Shown piece by piece: positions 38,274-51,539 of a stretch of 64,000 nt of DNA (the stretch's first letter is position 1; each line of letters starts with the position of its first letter). Source of the stretch: Vicugna vicugna (lineage: Eukaryota); contig MU058213.1 of NCBI GenBank assembly GCA_013265495.1, positions 2,852,001 through 2,916,000 on the forward strand, read 5' to 3'. The notes below the pieces were generated by a model. The model saw only the letters and a program-made list of their open reading frames with translations. It did not search any database and was not told where the DNA came from. A program made the position numbers and the translations under genes.

Positions 38274-40240
38274 ATTTTGATTCTCACAATTTTAATGAAT
38301 GAAAAAGTTAGATCCGTGGTCAAAGGGTTAACCACCCACTTAATATACGGCAAAAAAAAAAAAAATCTTTGGAATGCTTTAGTTCATTTAGGCCCTTCTC
38401 ACTCTCCTCTTGATGGCCGTATACGCCTCCCCACGTTTGCTGGCTCAATTCCCAACAACGTCCCTAAAACACTGATTTCCTCTTGGCTCCTTCCACTTTC
38501 TAGGACTCTTTCTCTTGCTTGAAATTTCTTTCTTTACTCCAAGTGTCTAGCCCTTTCTAACCATTAGCATAATTAATATAACTGAAGGCCAGTAGCTCAG
38601 TAGTTGGGAAGTGAAGCTTCCTTTACCACGGTGGCAAGGAGGGGAGGAGAGGAAAAGAGGGGAGAAGCTCCTGCCCTGCTCCAGAGGTGAAATTAAGATT
38701 GCCACTGAAGAGATCCAGAAAGAGGATGGGACTTAGAACAGGACCTCTCAGAACCAGGACCATACAAGATCTTTCACTCACAGGAATAACAGTGCCAATA
38801 TCACTAAAGTTTAGTTTCATTAACAAACAGAAAGTAATGACAAGTAGTTGGAACATCAAAGTAAGCATCCTCTTTGGGGAAGAGCCCATAAAGCCATATT
38901 TGAGCCCATTTTTCAGGTAAGGTAGAGGCCAGCACATCTCTTACAGTCAGTAACTTCAAGTTAGTCCTGAGCTGCTAATCCTAAAAGGATTATCTCTGCA
39001 CATCCTGGAAACATTTCTTCCAGGCTGTATTTCCAAAGACAACTTCAACAACAGGGCTATCATCCTACCATACAGACCCTTTGGTGTCCAGTGCCCTTCC
39101 TTTTCGGATGCATTCTATCGTTTTGAGTGTGTACTCTCCTCCCACAGCTGCCTCTGGTAATTATGAAAACCTTCAGCCAAGTGCTGGTGTCAGAAGTGGC
39201 AGGCCGTATCTTTATTTAAAAAGGACATCTTCCAGTTACTTCCCTCTGTCAAGAGCAAGAAAACTGCTGAGTATATGAGGAACCATTTTACACTACTGTA
39301 ATACACAGCTGTAGCTCAATGTGTCTAAACTTAATATGCTGGAAATTTTATTCCTCCCCCCGCCAAAAAAAGCAGTGTTTAGTCGCTGTGTCATTTAGCC
39401 ATAGGCATTCGTCATTTTTACCTTTTTCCCTACGTTCCTCTCACTTTCTCACATTATCTTTCTGATGCCCAGAGGCCGTATAAAGAACAAAGAATCATCT
39501 TTATTGCAGTAAAAGTAACTCCTTGCAAAGCTTACCCAAACGTGCCGCAGCATAAAACTACATGAATTAAAAGAAATTCAATAACCACTAACATTGACCC
39601 TAGAGAGCCTCCAGGATACAAATCAATGGCTCTGTAGTGCAGGAGCTACTTCTATCCACAGTCATGTCAAAATCACCCAGCACTGCTTTTCCTTTCCAGT
39701 TGTGATAGAGAAAGGTAAGAAAGAATCTCACTCCTGTGGCAACAAGATAAACCCAGGTAAAATTTTTTCTTTCTATAGAGCACCAAAGAGCAGCCCAATC
39801 AAGAAAATACTGTTGAACTGAACCCCAGAGAGAAAAGATATCTTCGTTAAGTGAACGACTAACTGCGTAAGTTGTAGCAGTTTCCATACCTGGGGATGAG
39901 CAGCTGGCCTGGGTGAGAACAATCAAAGCAGGTACGCGGTAGCCTGGGAGGTGAGTACAGCATTAGATCACAGTATAAACTGGAATCTGAAAGAGCCTAA
40001 AATGTGAACACACATCACTTGACCCAATAACTCTCCACCCCAGAAGCTGCAGTGGGTGAAGGGCTATGAAGCATACGGGAACTATAATCCTACACATTCT
40101 CTGAGCTTGTCTTAGAATCCTGCCAGAGCTGAATATAAAGGTAGACCAACAATATCTGGTGTTACAGCCCAATCCCTTCCCAGATGAAATACTGATCAGA
40201 TCAAAGAGGCAGTGATGGCGCAGGAGGCTGGGGTTTGGGT

Positions 40241-40590
40241 TGAACAGAGAATTCCACCTAGTTTAAGGTGCAACCTGCCTAGTTCAAATGGAGCATAGGA
40301 AGGATCTAAATGATTAGCCCGCTACCTAACCACTTTGTGGAGTGGAGGCTTTCGCTGTCCAGAAACTGAAAAAGTAATAAAAACAAACAATGAAAATTCA
40401 TGGATTTTTCATTTACTATAGTCCTCCAACTTCTTTTTTTCCTCTCTATAAATGCATTCTCTTTCCCTTGCCACATGTTAAATTGAATGTGGCTCACCAT
40501 GGTTGCAGACCTGGAATCCCAATTCTCTGCTGATCCCAAATAAACCCATCTCTGCTGGAGAAATACCTGGCTGTCTATTTCAAATCAACA
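40241..40590 (+). mobile_element. ERV1-type solo LTR (~350 bp)
   Basis: TG...CA ends, 'ctataaa' TATA, 'ctgctgatcccaaataaacccatc' poly(A) region. Confidence 0.65.
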
Positions 40591-40639
40591 AAAGAAAACC
40601 AAAAAACTACAATTCAGTTTCCACTGTTGTATTATCCAT

Positions 40640-41720
40640 AATAGACAGTATATATTAAAAAGCTGAGACATGAAAAGAAGTAGACAACGTGGCCCATAAT
40701 CAAGGAAAAACAGAGCCAGTAAAAACCACAAAGGACCCAATCACTGGACCAAGCAGTCAAGGCAAATTTTAGATTTTTAAGTCAACTATAAAGATGTTAA
40801 TAATTTATAGGAAAACATGAACATAAAATGTGAAGAGGGTATTTCTGAAAAGAAATGTAATCAGAAATATAGAAATTCTAGAGCTGAAAAAATAGAGGAT
40901 CTGAAATAAAACACTCATTGGATAGCTTAGAAGCAGACTGAATACAGCACGCAGAAGGTTATTTAGTGGCCAGAAATTATTTCCAACATGGCAGACATAT
41001 TCCTTTGTGATGGGGCTTGGCCACTCTTCTTGCACAGAAATAGCAGAGTATTTCTACACCCTTTAAATATAAATTGATTTGCAGCTTTGCTTTGCAAAGT
41101 TTTTGCCTAAAAAAATGCAGCAGTAGTTATGTTACTCTTCCTTTTAAGGCCTTAATCTGAGGCTAGACCTAAGGAGACACTGAATCTCTCGGCATGCTAC
41201 CTTGAGACAGCCATGCCACGAAGAGTCTAGAAGGGAACACCATGTGGACAAAGAGATATAGCCCTCCCAGCTGAGCTTGGCTTTCAGACAGTCCCCCTGC
41301 TGAATGCAGCTACATGTGTGAGCTTGGGTGCATCCAGCAGAAAAATGCACAGTCAACCCATACACTTGTGACAAATAACAACCTGTTAATATTTTTAGCC
41401 ACCAAGTTTTGTGGTGGTTTATAACAATAGATCGTTAATACACTGCAGGTGAAAAGGATCAGTCAATTTGACTACAAGTCAAGAGAAATTACCTAAACTG
41501 AAGCAAAGAGATAATATGTAGAGAATATGTAGAAGATAAATAAGGCTCAAGAACCCTAAGCTGGATAAATACAAAGAAAACCAAACACTAAAAATGAGAA
41601 AATTTCAAAAGCACTCACAGGGCAAAAAAAATATTAATGGACATTATACTGAGAACAAAACTTCTCATCAGACACAATGGAGGCCAGAAATCAATTGAAA
41701 GATAAATGAAGAAACACTCC
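40640..41720 (+). mobile_element. Old L1 5'/ORF1 region remnant, interrupted by a MaLR LTR
   Basis: 'aaatatagaaattctagagctgaaaaa', 'agaagcagactgaatacagca', 'acttctcatcagacacaatggaggccagaa'. Confidence 0.65.
40960..41441 (+). mobile_element. MLT1H-like MaLR LTR
   Basis: 'gctgaatgcagctacatgtgtga', terminus 'ttagccaccaagttttgtggtggttt...aatagatcgttaataca'. Confidence 0.65.
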
Positions 41721-41794
41721 AAAAGATAAAAATATACATGTGTATCTATATGTGCATACACATGTATGTGTTATGTGTATATGAACACAATCTT

Positions 41795-42125
41795 TTTTAT
41801 ATGTCAGGTAGACTGAGGTATAATTTACATACAGTAAAATTCACTCATTCACCCTTTTGAGGTACAGGGTTGGATGAATGAGAAGCACGTAGACCTGTGT
41901 TACCAATTCCCTTATTCTCCTTTGGAGTCAATCACTACTCCTAGCCTCAACCCAGCATTGATCTGATTTCCATCCCTAAAGTCTGGCCTTTCCAGAATGT
42001 CACACAACTGGAATCTCATAGTATGTAATCTTTCATGTCCAGAGTTTTTTTTTTTAGCATAATACAGATGATACTCATGCATGTTGTTGCATATGTCACT
42101 AATGTAACCCTTTTTATTATTGAAT
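41795..42125 (-). mobile_element. L1MB-type 3' end
   Basis: 'tgaggtataatttacatacagtaaaattcac', 'ttcagaatgtcacacaactggaatc'-like segment. Confidence 0.75.
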
Positions 42126-42159
42126 AAATGGGGTGTGAATTTCCAGCAAAGGGAATAGC

Positions 42160-43330
42160 AAATCCAACACCTTTGAGGAGATAACGCTATTGGTTCATCT
42201 GAGGAACAGAAAGAACACCAGGAGGGTATGACATCGTGAGCCATGGGGAAAATACTGAAGGATGAGGGTGGAGAAGTATTCTAGGGCCAGATTACTCAGA
42301 GTCTTAAGAGACTGTGTTCAATATTTTATATTTTCTTCCAGATGCAGAATTCCCTCGTGTTTTTATCTACTGCAAAAATGTTTAAACTTTAGTTATATCT
42401 GTCTGAACACTGTGAGAATGGATTGGGATTGGGGGAGAAAGAATAGAAGCAATAAGACCCACTTGGAGACCATCTTAGTAGTCAGCAGGCAGTATCATGC
42501 CTCACAGAAGGTAGCTGCAGTAGAAACAGAGAACAGGATTTGGGAATTGTAATTGGCAAATTTGATAACGGGTAGAATGCAAAGAACAGTGATGGAGAGC
42601 AGGGTATCAAGCACACTGCCCAAGGACTGGCTCCTGCAGCAGGCTGATTGGTGGGAAAGATGAGTGACCAGGCAAAAGGGCTGATGGGAAAAACAGAACT
42701 CTTTCTGGGACAGGTTAGATTTGGGAGAACTATGGGACATCCAAGAGATTCTAACAGGATGCTGGATATATGAATCCAAAGCTAAGGAGAACTGCATGGT
42801 TGGTAACAAACTTAGGAATCACTGGTATTTTAAGCCAAGGAAATAGATGGCTTTAAGTAAGGAGAGGAGAGAAAGTGAGTGAAGAAAAAAGAATGCTGAG
42901 GAACGCCAACACTTACAAGTTTTTAATGCAAGTGGGACTGGTGACTAAGATTAAGAAGTAGCCACAGAAGTAGAAGGAAAATCAGGAGAAGGAAGAATCA
43001 TAACGCAAGGGACCAATGTTTCAATAAAGACAAATAGACTCAAAATATCTAAGCTAAGGACTCAATTTTTCATGAAGTATGACAAATAAAAGGCAATTTC
43101 CAACTTTAGCAAAAGCAACTAGTAATGTGTTCAAAGTGAATTCTGAACTAAATTAACTTGAAGAATGACTGAAAATGGAAAATGAAGATGGCAACATTGA
43201 CAACTTTCTATAGGAATGGCTAAGTAATAAAGCATAGAGACACAGGCCAGTTTGGTTGGAGGTGATATGGTTTCAAGGGAAGGTTTTTGTTGTTTCATTT
43301 TTTAATGGGAGAGACAAGAGCATGTTCAAA
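42160..43330 (-). mobile_element. L2 fragment
   Basis: 'atgctggatatatgaatccaaagct', 'tttaagccaaggaaatagatg', 'ctgaggaacgccaacactta'. Confidence 0.65.
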
Positions 43331-43559
43331 TGTTAGTGAGATGTATTCTGAACAACAGAACTCATTTTCCTTCCCCTTTACACCCCAAGCCATATCCCTA
43401 CATAATCACACACCTAGTCAGTTATTAAATCCTGTTGCTTCCATCTCTGAAATGTCTCCTGAATCCACTCCCTTTTCTCCGTTCCTACTGTCTCAGCACC
43501 AATTAAAGCTTTCATGTCTCTTATCAGAGCGTTTAATACATCATCTACCCAGTTAACCA

Positions 43560-44025
43560 AACTGCAAGGTTAAGGGTATCATACTCCAGACTGACAAGTC
43601 AGCCCATGGCTTCTGACCCCCAACTACAAGAAGTTAGGGTACAACCACAATTAGAAGAACAAGTCCATGCAAGATCATCCTCACTCCTGACACCAACTGC
43701 AAGCTCCCAAATCATCCTCACTTTTGACAATTTATTAGAAAACTCACAGAATTCATGGAAACCTATGGTACTTATGGTGCCATTTATGACCTGAAAAAGG
43801 ACACAAATTAGAACCAGCCAAAGGAAGAGGCATAGGGCAGAGTATGGAAGGATTCCAAAAGTGAAGCTGCAGCTTTTCTCAGAACACTGACAACATCACT
43901 GTGTGACAATACACATGGAGTACTGCCAACTCAGGAAGCTTATCTTATGCCAACCTGAGTGTCCTGTGTTTATTTCAGGGCTTTATTACAAAGGCATGTT
44001 TAAGTGTCCACATGGTTGGACTCCA
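43560..44025 (-). mobile_element. MER21C-like LTR fragment
   Basis: 'cctcactcctgacaccaactgcaag', 'aatttattagaaaactcacagaa', 'aaccagccaaaggaagaggcatagggcagag'. Confidence 0.7.
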
Positions 44026-44577
44026 CACCCTCTAAGATTGGTCCTGGCTTCCGTCTCCAGCCTAATATCTCTATTCCATACAATCCATCACACTAACTGC
44101 TTCCCCCAACAATCATGCTTCATCATGTTTCCCTGCTTTTGTACACACTGGTCTCTCTCTGCCTGGTCTTCCCGTTGTACTCACCACACATTCATTCTTC
44201 TTTGTTTTCTAATGTTTACGCATCCTTTAAAACTCACAATATCACTTCCTATGGGGCATCTTCCTAGATTGTATTAGTTCTAACTAGCTTTTCCACATTC
44301 TCCCATGCTACTCTGTTTCTACTCCTTTCAAACTTACCAGACCTTCAGGGCAAAAAGTATCCTTAAGGGTGTCTTTAGTTTCTAACTTCTTTCTGTTCAT
44401 TTTCTTTTGTATTGTTTTGAGGTTCTGTGGTGGGAAAACAAGGGAAGGATTTTGTGTGAACAGCTGAGAGCATGAGAGGGAAGTGGGTAGAGCAGAACTC
44501 TTGTCTTGGGCTCTATGAGGACAAGGGGTCCCGGAGTAATCTTCATAGCTCAGGTCAACAAGCTATGTTATTTCCTC

Positions 44578-45335
44578 AAAGAGAAATGACAAATGGCCAA
44601 AAAAGACATGAAAAAAAAATGCTCAGCATCACTCAACATCAGGGAAATGCAGATCAGAACCACAATAAGATATCATCTCACACCTGTCAGAAGGACTTAT
44701 CTAAAAACAGAGATAAGTTTTGGTGAGAATATAGAGAAATTGGAACCCTTGTATGCTGCTGGTGGGAAACTAAATATAACCGCTGCTATGGAGAACAGTA
44801 TAAAGGTTCCTCAAAAAAATAAAAACTGAGTTAGCATATGATCCAGCAATTCCACCACTGGGTATATATCCAGAAGAACTGAAACCAAGATAGATCTTAA
44901 AGTGATAACTGCCCTCCTATGTTTGTTACAGCATTATTTACAATAGCCAAGATATGGTAACAAGCCAACTGTCCATCAATAGACGAATGGATAAAGAAAA
45001 GGTGGTAAAGTTGAACATCATTCATCCTTTAAAAAGAAGGAAGTCCCTCCATACACATCACATAGATGAACGTGAAGGGCATTCTGCTAAGTGAAACAAG
45101 CTAGTCACGGAAGTCCAATTATGACATGGTTCTACTTACATCAGGTAGCTAGATTAGTCTAACTCATAGAAATAGTAGAATGGTGGTTCCCAGGAACTAG
45201 GAGGAAGGGGAAATGGGGAATTGCTTTTCAATGGGTACAAAGTTTCAGTTATATAAGATGAGTAAGTTCAAAGAATCTGCTGTACGACATTGTTCCTGTA
45301 GTCAACATTATGATGTTATGCAGTTAAAAACGGGT
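44578..45335 (+). mobile_element. L1MA-type 3' portion; its terminal segment appears to resume at about 46052-46108
   Basis: ORF2 end 'KKCSASLNIREMQIRTTIRYHLTPVR' and L1MA 3' UTR 'aagatgagtaagttc'. Confidence 0.85.
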
Positions 45336-45339
45336 TAAC

Positions 45340-46050
45340 AGGAGTTATGGAAATGCAAATAAAAATCACAATGAAGTATCTGTTCACATCTGTTAGAACA
45401 ACTGTTATCAAAAAGACCAAGAAGTAACACAAAGTGTTGGAGAGGATGTGGAGAAAAAGGAATCCTTGTCCACTGTTGGTGGGATGGTAAAATGGTACAG
45501 TCACTATAGAAAATATAGAGATGCCTCAAAAAGAAAAAAGCATAGAACTACCATATGATCCAGCTATTCCACTTCTGGGTATTTATCCAAAGAATATGAA
45601 AACACTAACTTGAAAATGTATATGCACCCCTACATTCGTTACAGCAGTATTTACAATAGCCAAGATATGGAAACAACCTATGTGTCCATCAATGAATGAA
45701 TAAAGATATTAACACACACACACAATGAAACAATGCTCAGCCATAGAAAGAATGAAATCTTGCCATTTGCGACAGCATGGATGGATCTTGAGCATATTAT
45801 GCTAGGTCAAATCAATCAAAAGGAAAAAAATACTGTGTGATTTCATCTGTATGGAATCTGAAAAAAGAAACAGTAAAATCAAAAAATTAAACAAAAACAA
45901 ACTCAAAAAGAAAACTGATCAGTGGTTACCAGAGTGTAAGAGGGCTAGGCAAAAGGGGTGTATGGTGATGGTGACTTTTGAGGAGGGATTATTTTGTGGT
46001 ATATACAGATGTTGGATTATTATGTTGTACACCTGAATCTTATATAATTT
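45340..46050 (+). mobile_element. Second L1 3' end, different subfamily
   Basis: 'ggaaatgcaaataaaaatcacaatga', 'agaactaccatatgatccagc', 'tatgttgtacacctgaa'. Confidence 0.85.
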
Positions 46051-46639
46051 TTAATAATTAGCTGAGAGGGTAGATTTCACATTGTGTATTCTTATCACAG
46101 CAAGAAAATGTTTGATGGAATGAGAGAGAACAGCCCTCTCTAGCTGGGATCCATAAGAACAAGGGATCCCAATGTACTCCTCACATCTCAGAGGTCAAAA
46201 TGCTGCATAGAGTGGGGAAGAGAAACAGTCTGCCTCCTCGTGTGCAAGACACAGTGTGACCCCAGGGCAAGCAGGACCATGTTGGAGCTGCTAGGGGACA
46301 TCAGCAGAGGTCTCTGGGATTAAGAGCATCAGCTTTGTCCTGCAAGAACCAGAAGGCACTGAAACACGTGTCCCTGACATAGCTATAAGGGAAGGGGGAA
46401 GGGGAAGACAGAGCTTCAATTTAAGAACTGAGAACACTGTTGTGAGCACATGCTGTGCCCTTGAGGACTGCCAGAAATATTTGAGTTTTTGGAGCCAAAG
46501 AGCTAAGATATATAGTAAGTACATGAACTGCTAATTTAAGCCAAGGTGACATTCCTGTCCAAAGGCTGAGCAGACTTAGTCAAATCACACAATAGAACAC
46601 TGTATATGAGTAATGAAAATTTGATTCCTGGAAAGAAAG

Positions 46640-47027
46640 TCCCTGGTACCTTAAAATGTGACCTTCTTTGGAAATAGAGTTATTACAGATACAACAAGAT
46701 GAGGACAAGGGTGGGAGGAGGGCGGGCCCCTAATCCAGTATGACTGATATCCTTCTAAGATAATGGTCACTTGAAGAGAGAAACACTGGGAGAACAGCAT
46801 GTGACGATGAACGCAGAGACTGGAGTTATACACCTACAAACTAAGGGATGCCAAAGATTGCCAACAAACCACCATAAGCCAGAAAGAGTCGAGGAAGGAT
46901 TCAGAAGTAACACAGCACCGTGGAGACCTTGCTTTGGGACTTCTGGCCTCCTGAACTTAGTAACTTTCTTCTGTGTCAGGCCACACAGTTTGTGGAACTT
47001 CATCAGGCAGCCCTAAGAAACTAATAC
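46640..47027 (+). mobile_element. MLT1C-like MaLR LTR (partial)
   Basis: 'aatgtgaccttctttggaaatag', 'ccctaatccagtatgactg', 'gcagccctaagaaactaataca'. Confidence 0.85.
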
Positions 47028-47134
47028 AGATTGTAAAACGGCCAGCAGTTGAAGGCCTTTACTTTCACTGAACCCCTTGCGCCATCTGGTCCTGCCCTGA
47101 CCTCTAAAGTTCTTGTGAAGCCACCTGAGAAACA

Positions 47135-47580
47135 CTAATTGTTCCCAATACTTTAGTACCTCCCAGGAAATACGTCATCCACGCCCCTTGCCCTGTAACT
47201 TGCAAGTGCCTCTCATTACAGTAGATGCAGATGTTTCCTCAACCGTTGACGGCCTTGGCCATGAGCTTGCATTGACCAATGAAATGAGGACAGAAAGGCA
47301 CGTGCAAGTTTCAAGCTGGAACCTTAAGAAGGCCTGGCAAGTGTCCTACAGTCTTCTCGGCACTTCTGCCATCTACCACGTAGCCACTGGCCCAGAATAA
47401 AAAGACATACAGAACGAACCTGAACCTAAATCACTGTCCATACCAAAATCCAGTCAAACCAAGCCAAGCCCAAGAAAGCCATAATTTCAAGACCTACAGA
47501 CTCATCAGTGAGACACACACACTCATTTTGGTAAGCCATAGAGCTTTGGAGGTTACTGTGAGACATTACTATAAACAGCC
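47135..47580 (+). mobile_element. Older MLT1 (I/J-like) MaLR LTR
   Basis: 'ggccttggccatgagcttgcattgaccaatgaaatga', 'ttttggtaagcca'. Confidence 0.6.
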
Positions 47581-48845
47581 AAGTGGAACATTCACATCAT
47601 CATAGTTTTTATTCTTTGTTTGGGCTTCTGCTCCATATTCCTATCTAGTTTCCTGAACTCTAAGCTGAAATTTTCAGATATTCCTATTGTATCATTTTCT
47701 CCTAAATCCTTAAGAAAAAGAAAAAAAAGCTCTGAATAGTCTTAACAAAGACTATTCATGAAGGGTACCCTCCACTAGAAAAAGGACAATAAAAAGATCT
47801 CCACTTGAGGGTAGGTAATTTTAACCATTCATCAAGAAAACTTCACCTTGAACTAGAAGACATAATATTTTCATATTTCTCCATTTCCTTCTTGAGCATT
47901 TCACAGTGCCCTTCCCTGTGACAAGACAGGGTAAGCATACATACTCATAGCCTAAATGAAGTGGATTTGTGTTCCCTCATTTTATCTGTTGTCTTTGCTA
48001 GCAGCCTACGACACTGAAAGCCAGTGGGAAACCACAGGGCAGCAGCAATTAGCAGCAAGAGTTATGCATCGAGCTGTTCCCTACATATTAACCCAGAAAG
48101 AACAAGACGGCGCCAGGTGATAATTTTTGATTGACAGATCAGGTTCTAAATCGGTATCTCAGCCATGAAGGGTACCCAGACACTTATGCAGGGTTGAAAG
48201 CCCTTTTTATAACCTCTTTAACAGTGAAAGTCAGCTAAGGTGACGTGGAAGAAAAACTGCCAAGGTTGGCAGAGCAGTCAGTGAGGAAGGCTCCGGTATG
48301 AACTTCATTTCTCAGCAGTGCTGAAGTCAATCCAGTTCAGTTTGACTTTCATAGGACATTACACACAAAACCTTTTGAGGAATATTCAAAGTAGGAATCA
48401 CCCACGGGTCTTGACTTTAAGACCCATTTTCCTTCCTCAGGACATCAGCTGGGAAGCAGTAAGTTCCTCCCAAGCAACTGTCGGCACAGTCATTCAAAGC
48501 TGAAGGGGGAAAAAATTCAGAGGTTAGAGTAAGGGTCACAGGACAAGAACATTCTGAAAATTTAACAGAACACAGGTCTCCCACAGGTGAGTCTGCACCT
48601 GCACCAAGAGCAAAGGGCTCATCAGAATGGCCAGTAGTGGCCACTTAAATAGTCACAAGCTAGAAGAAAAGAGGTGGTGTCAGTAATACTGAACAGAGTT
48701 GGAAATGTCAATCCCTCCTTCAGGCCCACTGGGAATGACTAAGTTCCATTTGCACAACTTCATGGTACATGATTATTTTCACATACGTTCATATACATTA
48801 TGTCACTTGGTTTTCACAAAAGCCTGGTGAGGTAGGAATGACTGC

Positions 48846-49295
48846 TGTACGAGGTTGACTAGGGCTGCTGTAACAAATCACCACAAACGGTGTGGCTTAA
48901 AAACACAAACCTATTCTCTCACACATCTAGAGACTAAAAATATGAAATCATTGTTAGCAGGGCCATGTTCCATGCAAAGCCTCTAGGGGAGGGCCCTTCC
49001 TTGCCCCTTCCAGCTTCTGGTAACCCCAAGCACTCCTTGGCTTGTGGTTCCATTACTCCAATCTCTGCCTCCATCTTTGCAGTACTGGGTTATCACTGAG
49101 TCTCTGTCTGTGTTCTCTACTTCTTGTAAGGATACCAGTCATGTTGGATTTTGGCTCCCCATAATGACTTCGTCTTGACTTGACTGTATCTGCAAAAAAA
49201 CTATTTCCAAATAAGGTCACATTCACAGTGACCAGTGGTACCAGTGTTTATACCTTCAACATACCCATCATAGGAACACAATTCAACCCCTAACA
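48846..49295 (-). mobile_element. MLT1C-like MaLR solo LTR inserted in a MIR
   Basis: 'agggctgctgtaacaaatcaccacaaa', 'atttccaaataaggtcacattcacag', 'caattcaacccctaaca'; MIR halves at about 48780-48845 and 49297-49420. Confidence 0.85.
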
Positions 49296-51539
49296 GTTAG
49301 CTCCATTTCACAGACAAGAAAACTGAGTTTAACAAAGGTCAAGTGATATAAGTGTACACTATCAGTAATGAGCAGAGCTAGGACTTCCACCAGGTCTAAC
49401 TTCTGATCCTGAGTTTTATCCACCATATGACCAGCTCCTCAGCATTGCTACTGCAGCTGTGGGCCCCTTAAGGCTTGATCGAGAAAAAGTGGATCAAGAG
49501 TGCAGGACCCAGCACTGTTTGATGGACAGAGCTCAGTGGTCATCTGCCAAAAAATGGCTTTGAAAATCTCCTGTTTGGTTGGCCAGGTACATAGTGACTT
49601 GAGGGCCAGTAGAGGGTCCTGAATGCCAGTCACAAAGCCAGGATGCCCATGATTCTTTGGGTCTGTTCTCTAAGTGTCCTATTTGAATATAAGTATTTCT
49701 GGGCTATTCAGCTTAATCAAGTTTATCTTACAAATATTACTGATCTGAAGGGTCCTTTCACACTTGAAAATCATTCTGTTTATTTACTTACAGATGTGTT
49801 TGATGTCACATAGATAAAGGGATGGATGGATAAAGTTATACCAGGAGAATAAAAAATAAAATATGGCCTCTGTTCTTAATTCATTTATATTAGAATAATC
49901 CATAGTGAAAATATAATTTTTCAAATACAACCAGGAAGATATATTAAGTTGGTGGTACCCAAACTCTGATGTCCTTCAGAGTAACTTGGAAAGCCTTCTT
50001 TAAAGTAAAATTTCTATTATCAAATGGCATTCAATTGGAAAATTGTAGTAATTAGTATTTAAATCTAGAAAGTAGTTATAAAAACCAAAAACACTCTCTC
50101 TATAAAAATAACCAGCTTGAAAATAATTTAAATGGCTTTTAGAAGCTAAGATACCAAGGAGTAAACCTAAGAATCTAGTCTAGCTCAACATAATGGATTG
50201 AACACATATTTGCCACTCTGAATCCCTACTAAAATGACAACAAAGGAATAAAAACACTCTACCCACATGGACAAAGAGTCAAAGAAATAGATGAGAACTG
50301 TCAACCAAGGTTTTAGAACTGAAAAGTGGATACTGAATAGTGCTTAATTAGCTGAATTGATAAAATTGGAAAGACTTTGGAAAGCCAACCCTAAGCTAGC
50401 CATTTAACAGTCCAGAACCCTGGACGGTCTCCAGAGCTGGATGCTCCAAAGGCCTCTACAAGGAGGAGAGGCTTAAGAATTGGAACAGCCTTACATATTT
50501 TGGGCAGAAGAGTTATTTAATCTGACTGTATCTATCAAACCTGTAAATGCACACAACACTGACTCAGCAATAATGTGGTAACTTTTTCTTATGAGTGTAT
50601 TCACATGTATGTTCAGATACGTCTAAAATGATATTCATAGTATGATTGTAATTTAAAAACTAGAATTAATCTATTCAGTATTAACAGTGATATATTTATA
50701 AAGGAATTTATCTATATCAAATGGAGTATTTTTAGGTAGTAAAGAAAAAAGCAATCTGCATATGCTCATAAGGAAAAAATCTCCAAGTTTAAAAGAGTTC
50801 AAGTGCAAACAGTGTGTGGTATGCTCCCAATTTGGCCCATCTTCCCACTCTCTCATGGGAGAAGATTTGATTGTAGCCCATGGAGATACTTCTGTCTCTC
50901 AGTCTACACTGAGGTCCAACATAGGTGAATCCATCTGTCTACTGGTCTTTGGAGAAGGCCCTGAACAGAAAGGAAAGTGGACTTTGGTCTGAAAACCAAC
51001 CTGAAACCAGAAGTCTGGCAGAACAGACCAGACAGAGTAACAACACCTGCACATCCCAAAAAACAACAGTTCCAGGTCTAATGTGAATTTGTGCTGGCCA
51101 CTCCTGAGTCAGCCCCTCCTCCTCTAAGCCTCAACTAAGACTCACCACTCCCAACTCCAAGAAGAGACCAGGGGAAAGACAACCATGTCGCCAGGGCCCA
51201 GCAGCCCTGCTATGGGTAACCCTTCAGAAAGGGCTGGCTCTGGAGCAAAGCAGAGGCCCTCTGCTGTGCCCTCCTGAGGGTGAATATCTAGGCATTTTTA
51301 CAAGCCACAAAGCCAAAGAACCTGGTCAGCCCAGGGCCACAACACAGTCAGGAAGTAAGAGACAGCAGGCAGCATCTCTGATCACAATAGAGGAGTCGTT
51401 CTGTGCACATCCATGACTTCTGGAAGAAAAGACTCGACTTCTTGTTCATCGAGCAGGAGATTGCTCAGAACATTAAAGCTTGTCATTCTACTATAAATGT
51501 GACACAGCAAAATAATGGGATGCAAGATAGAAGTAGCAT

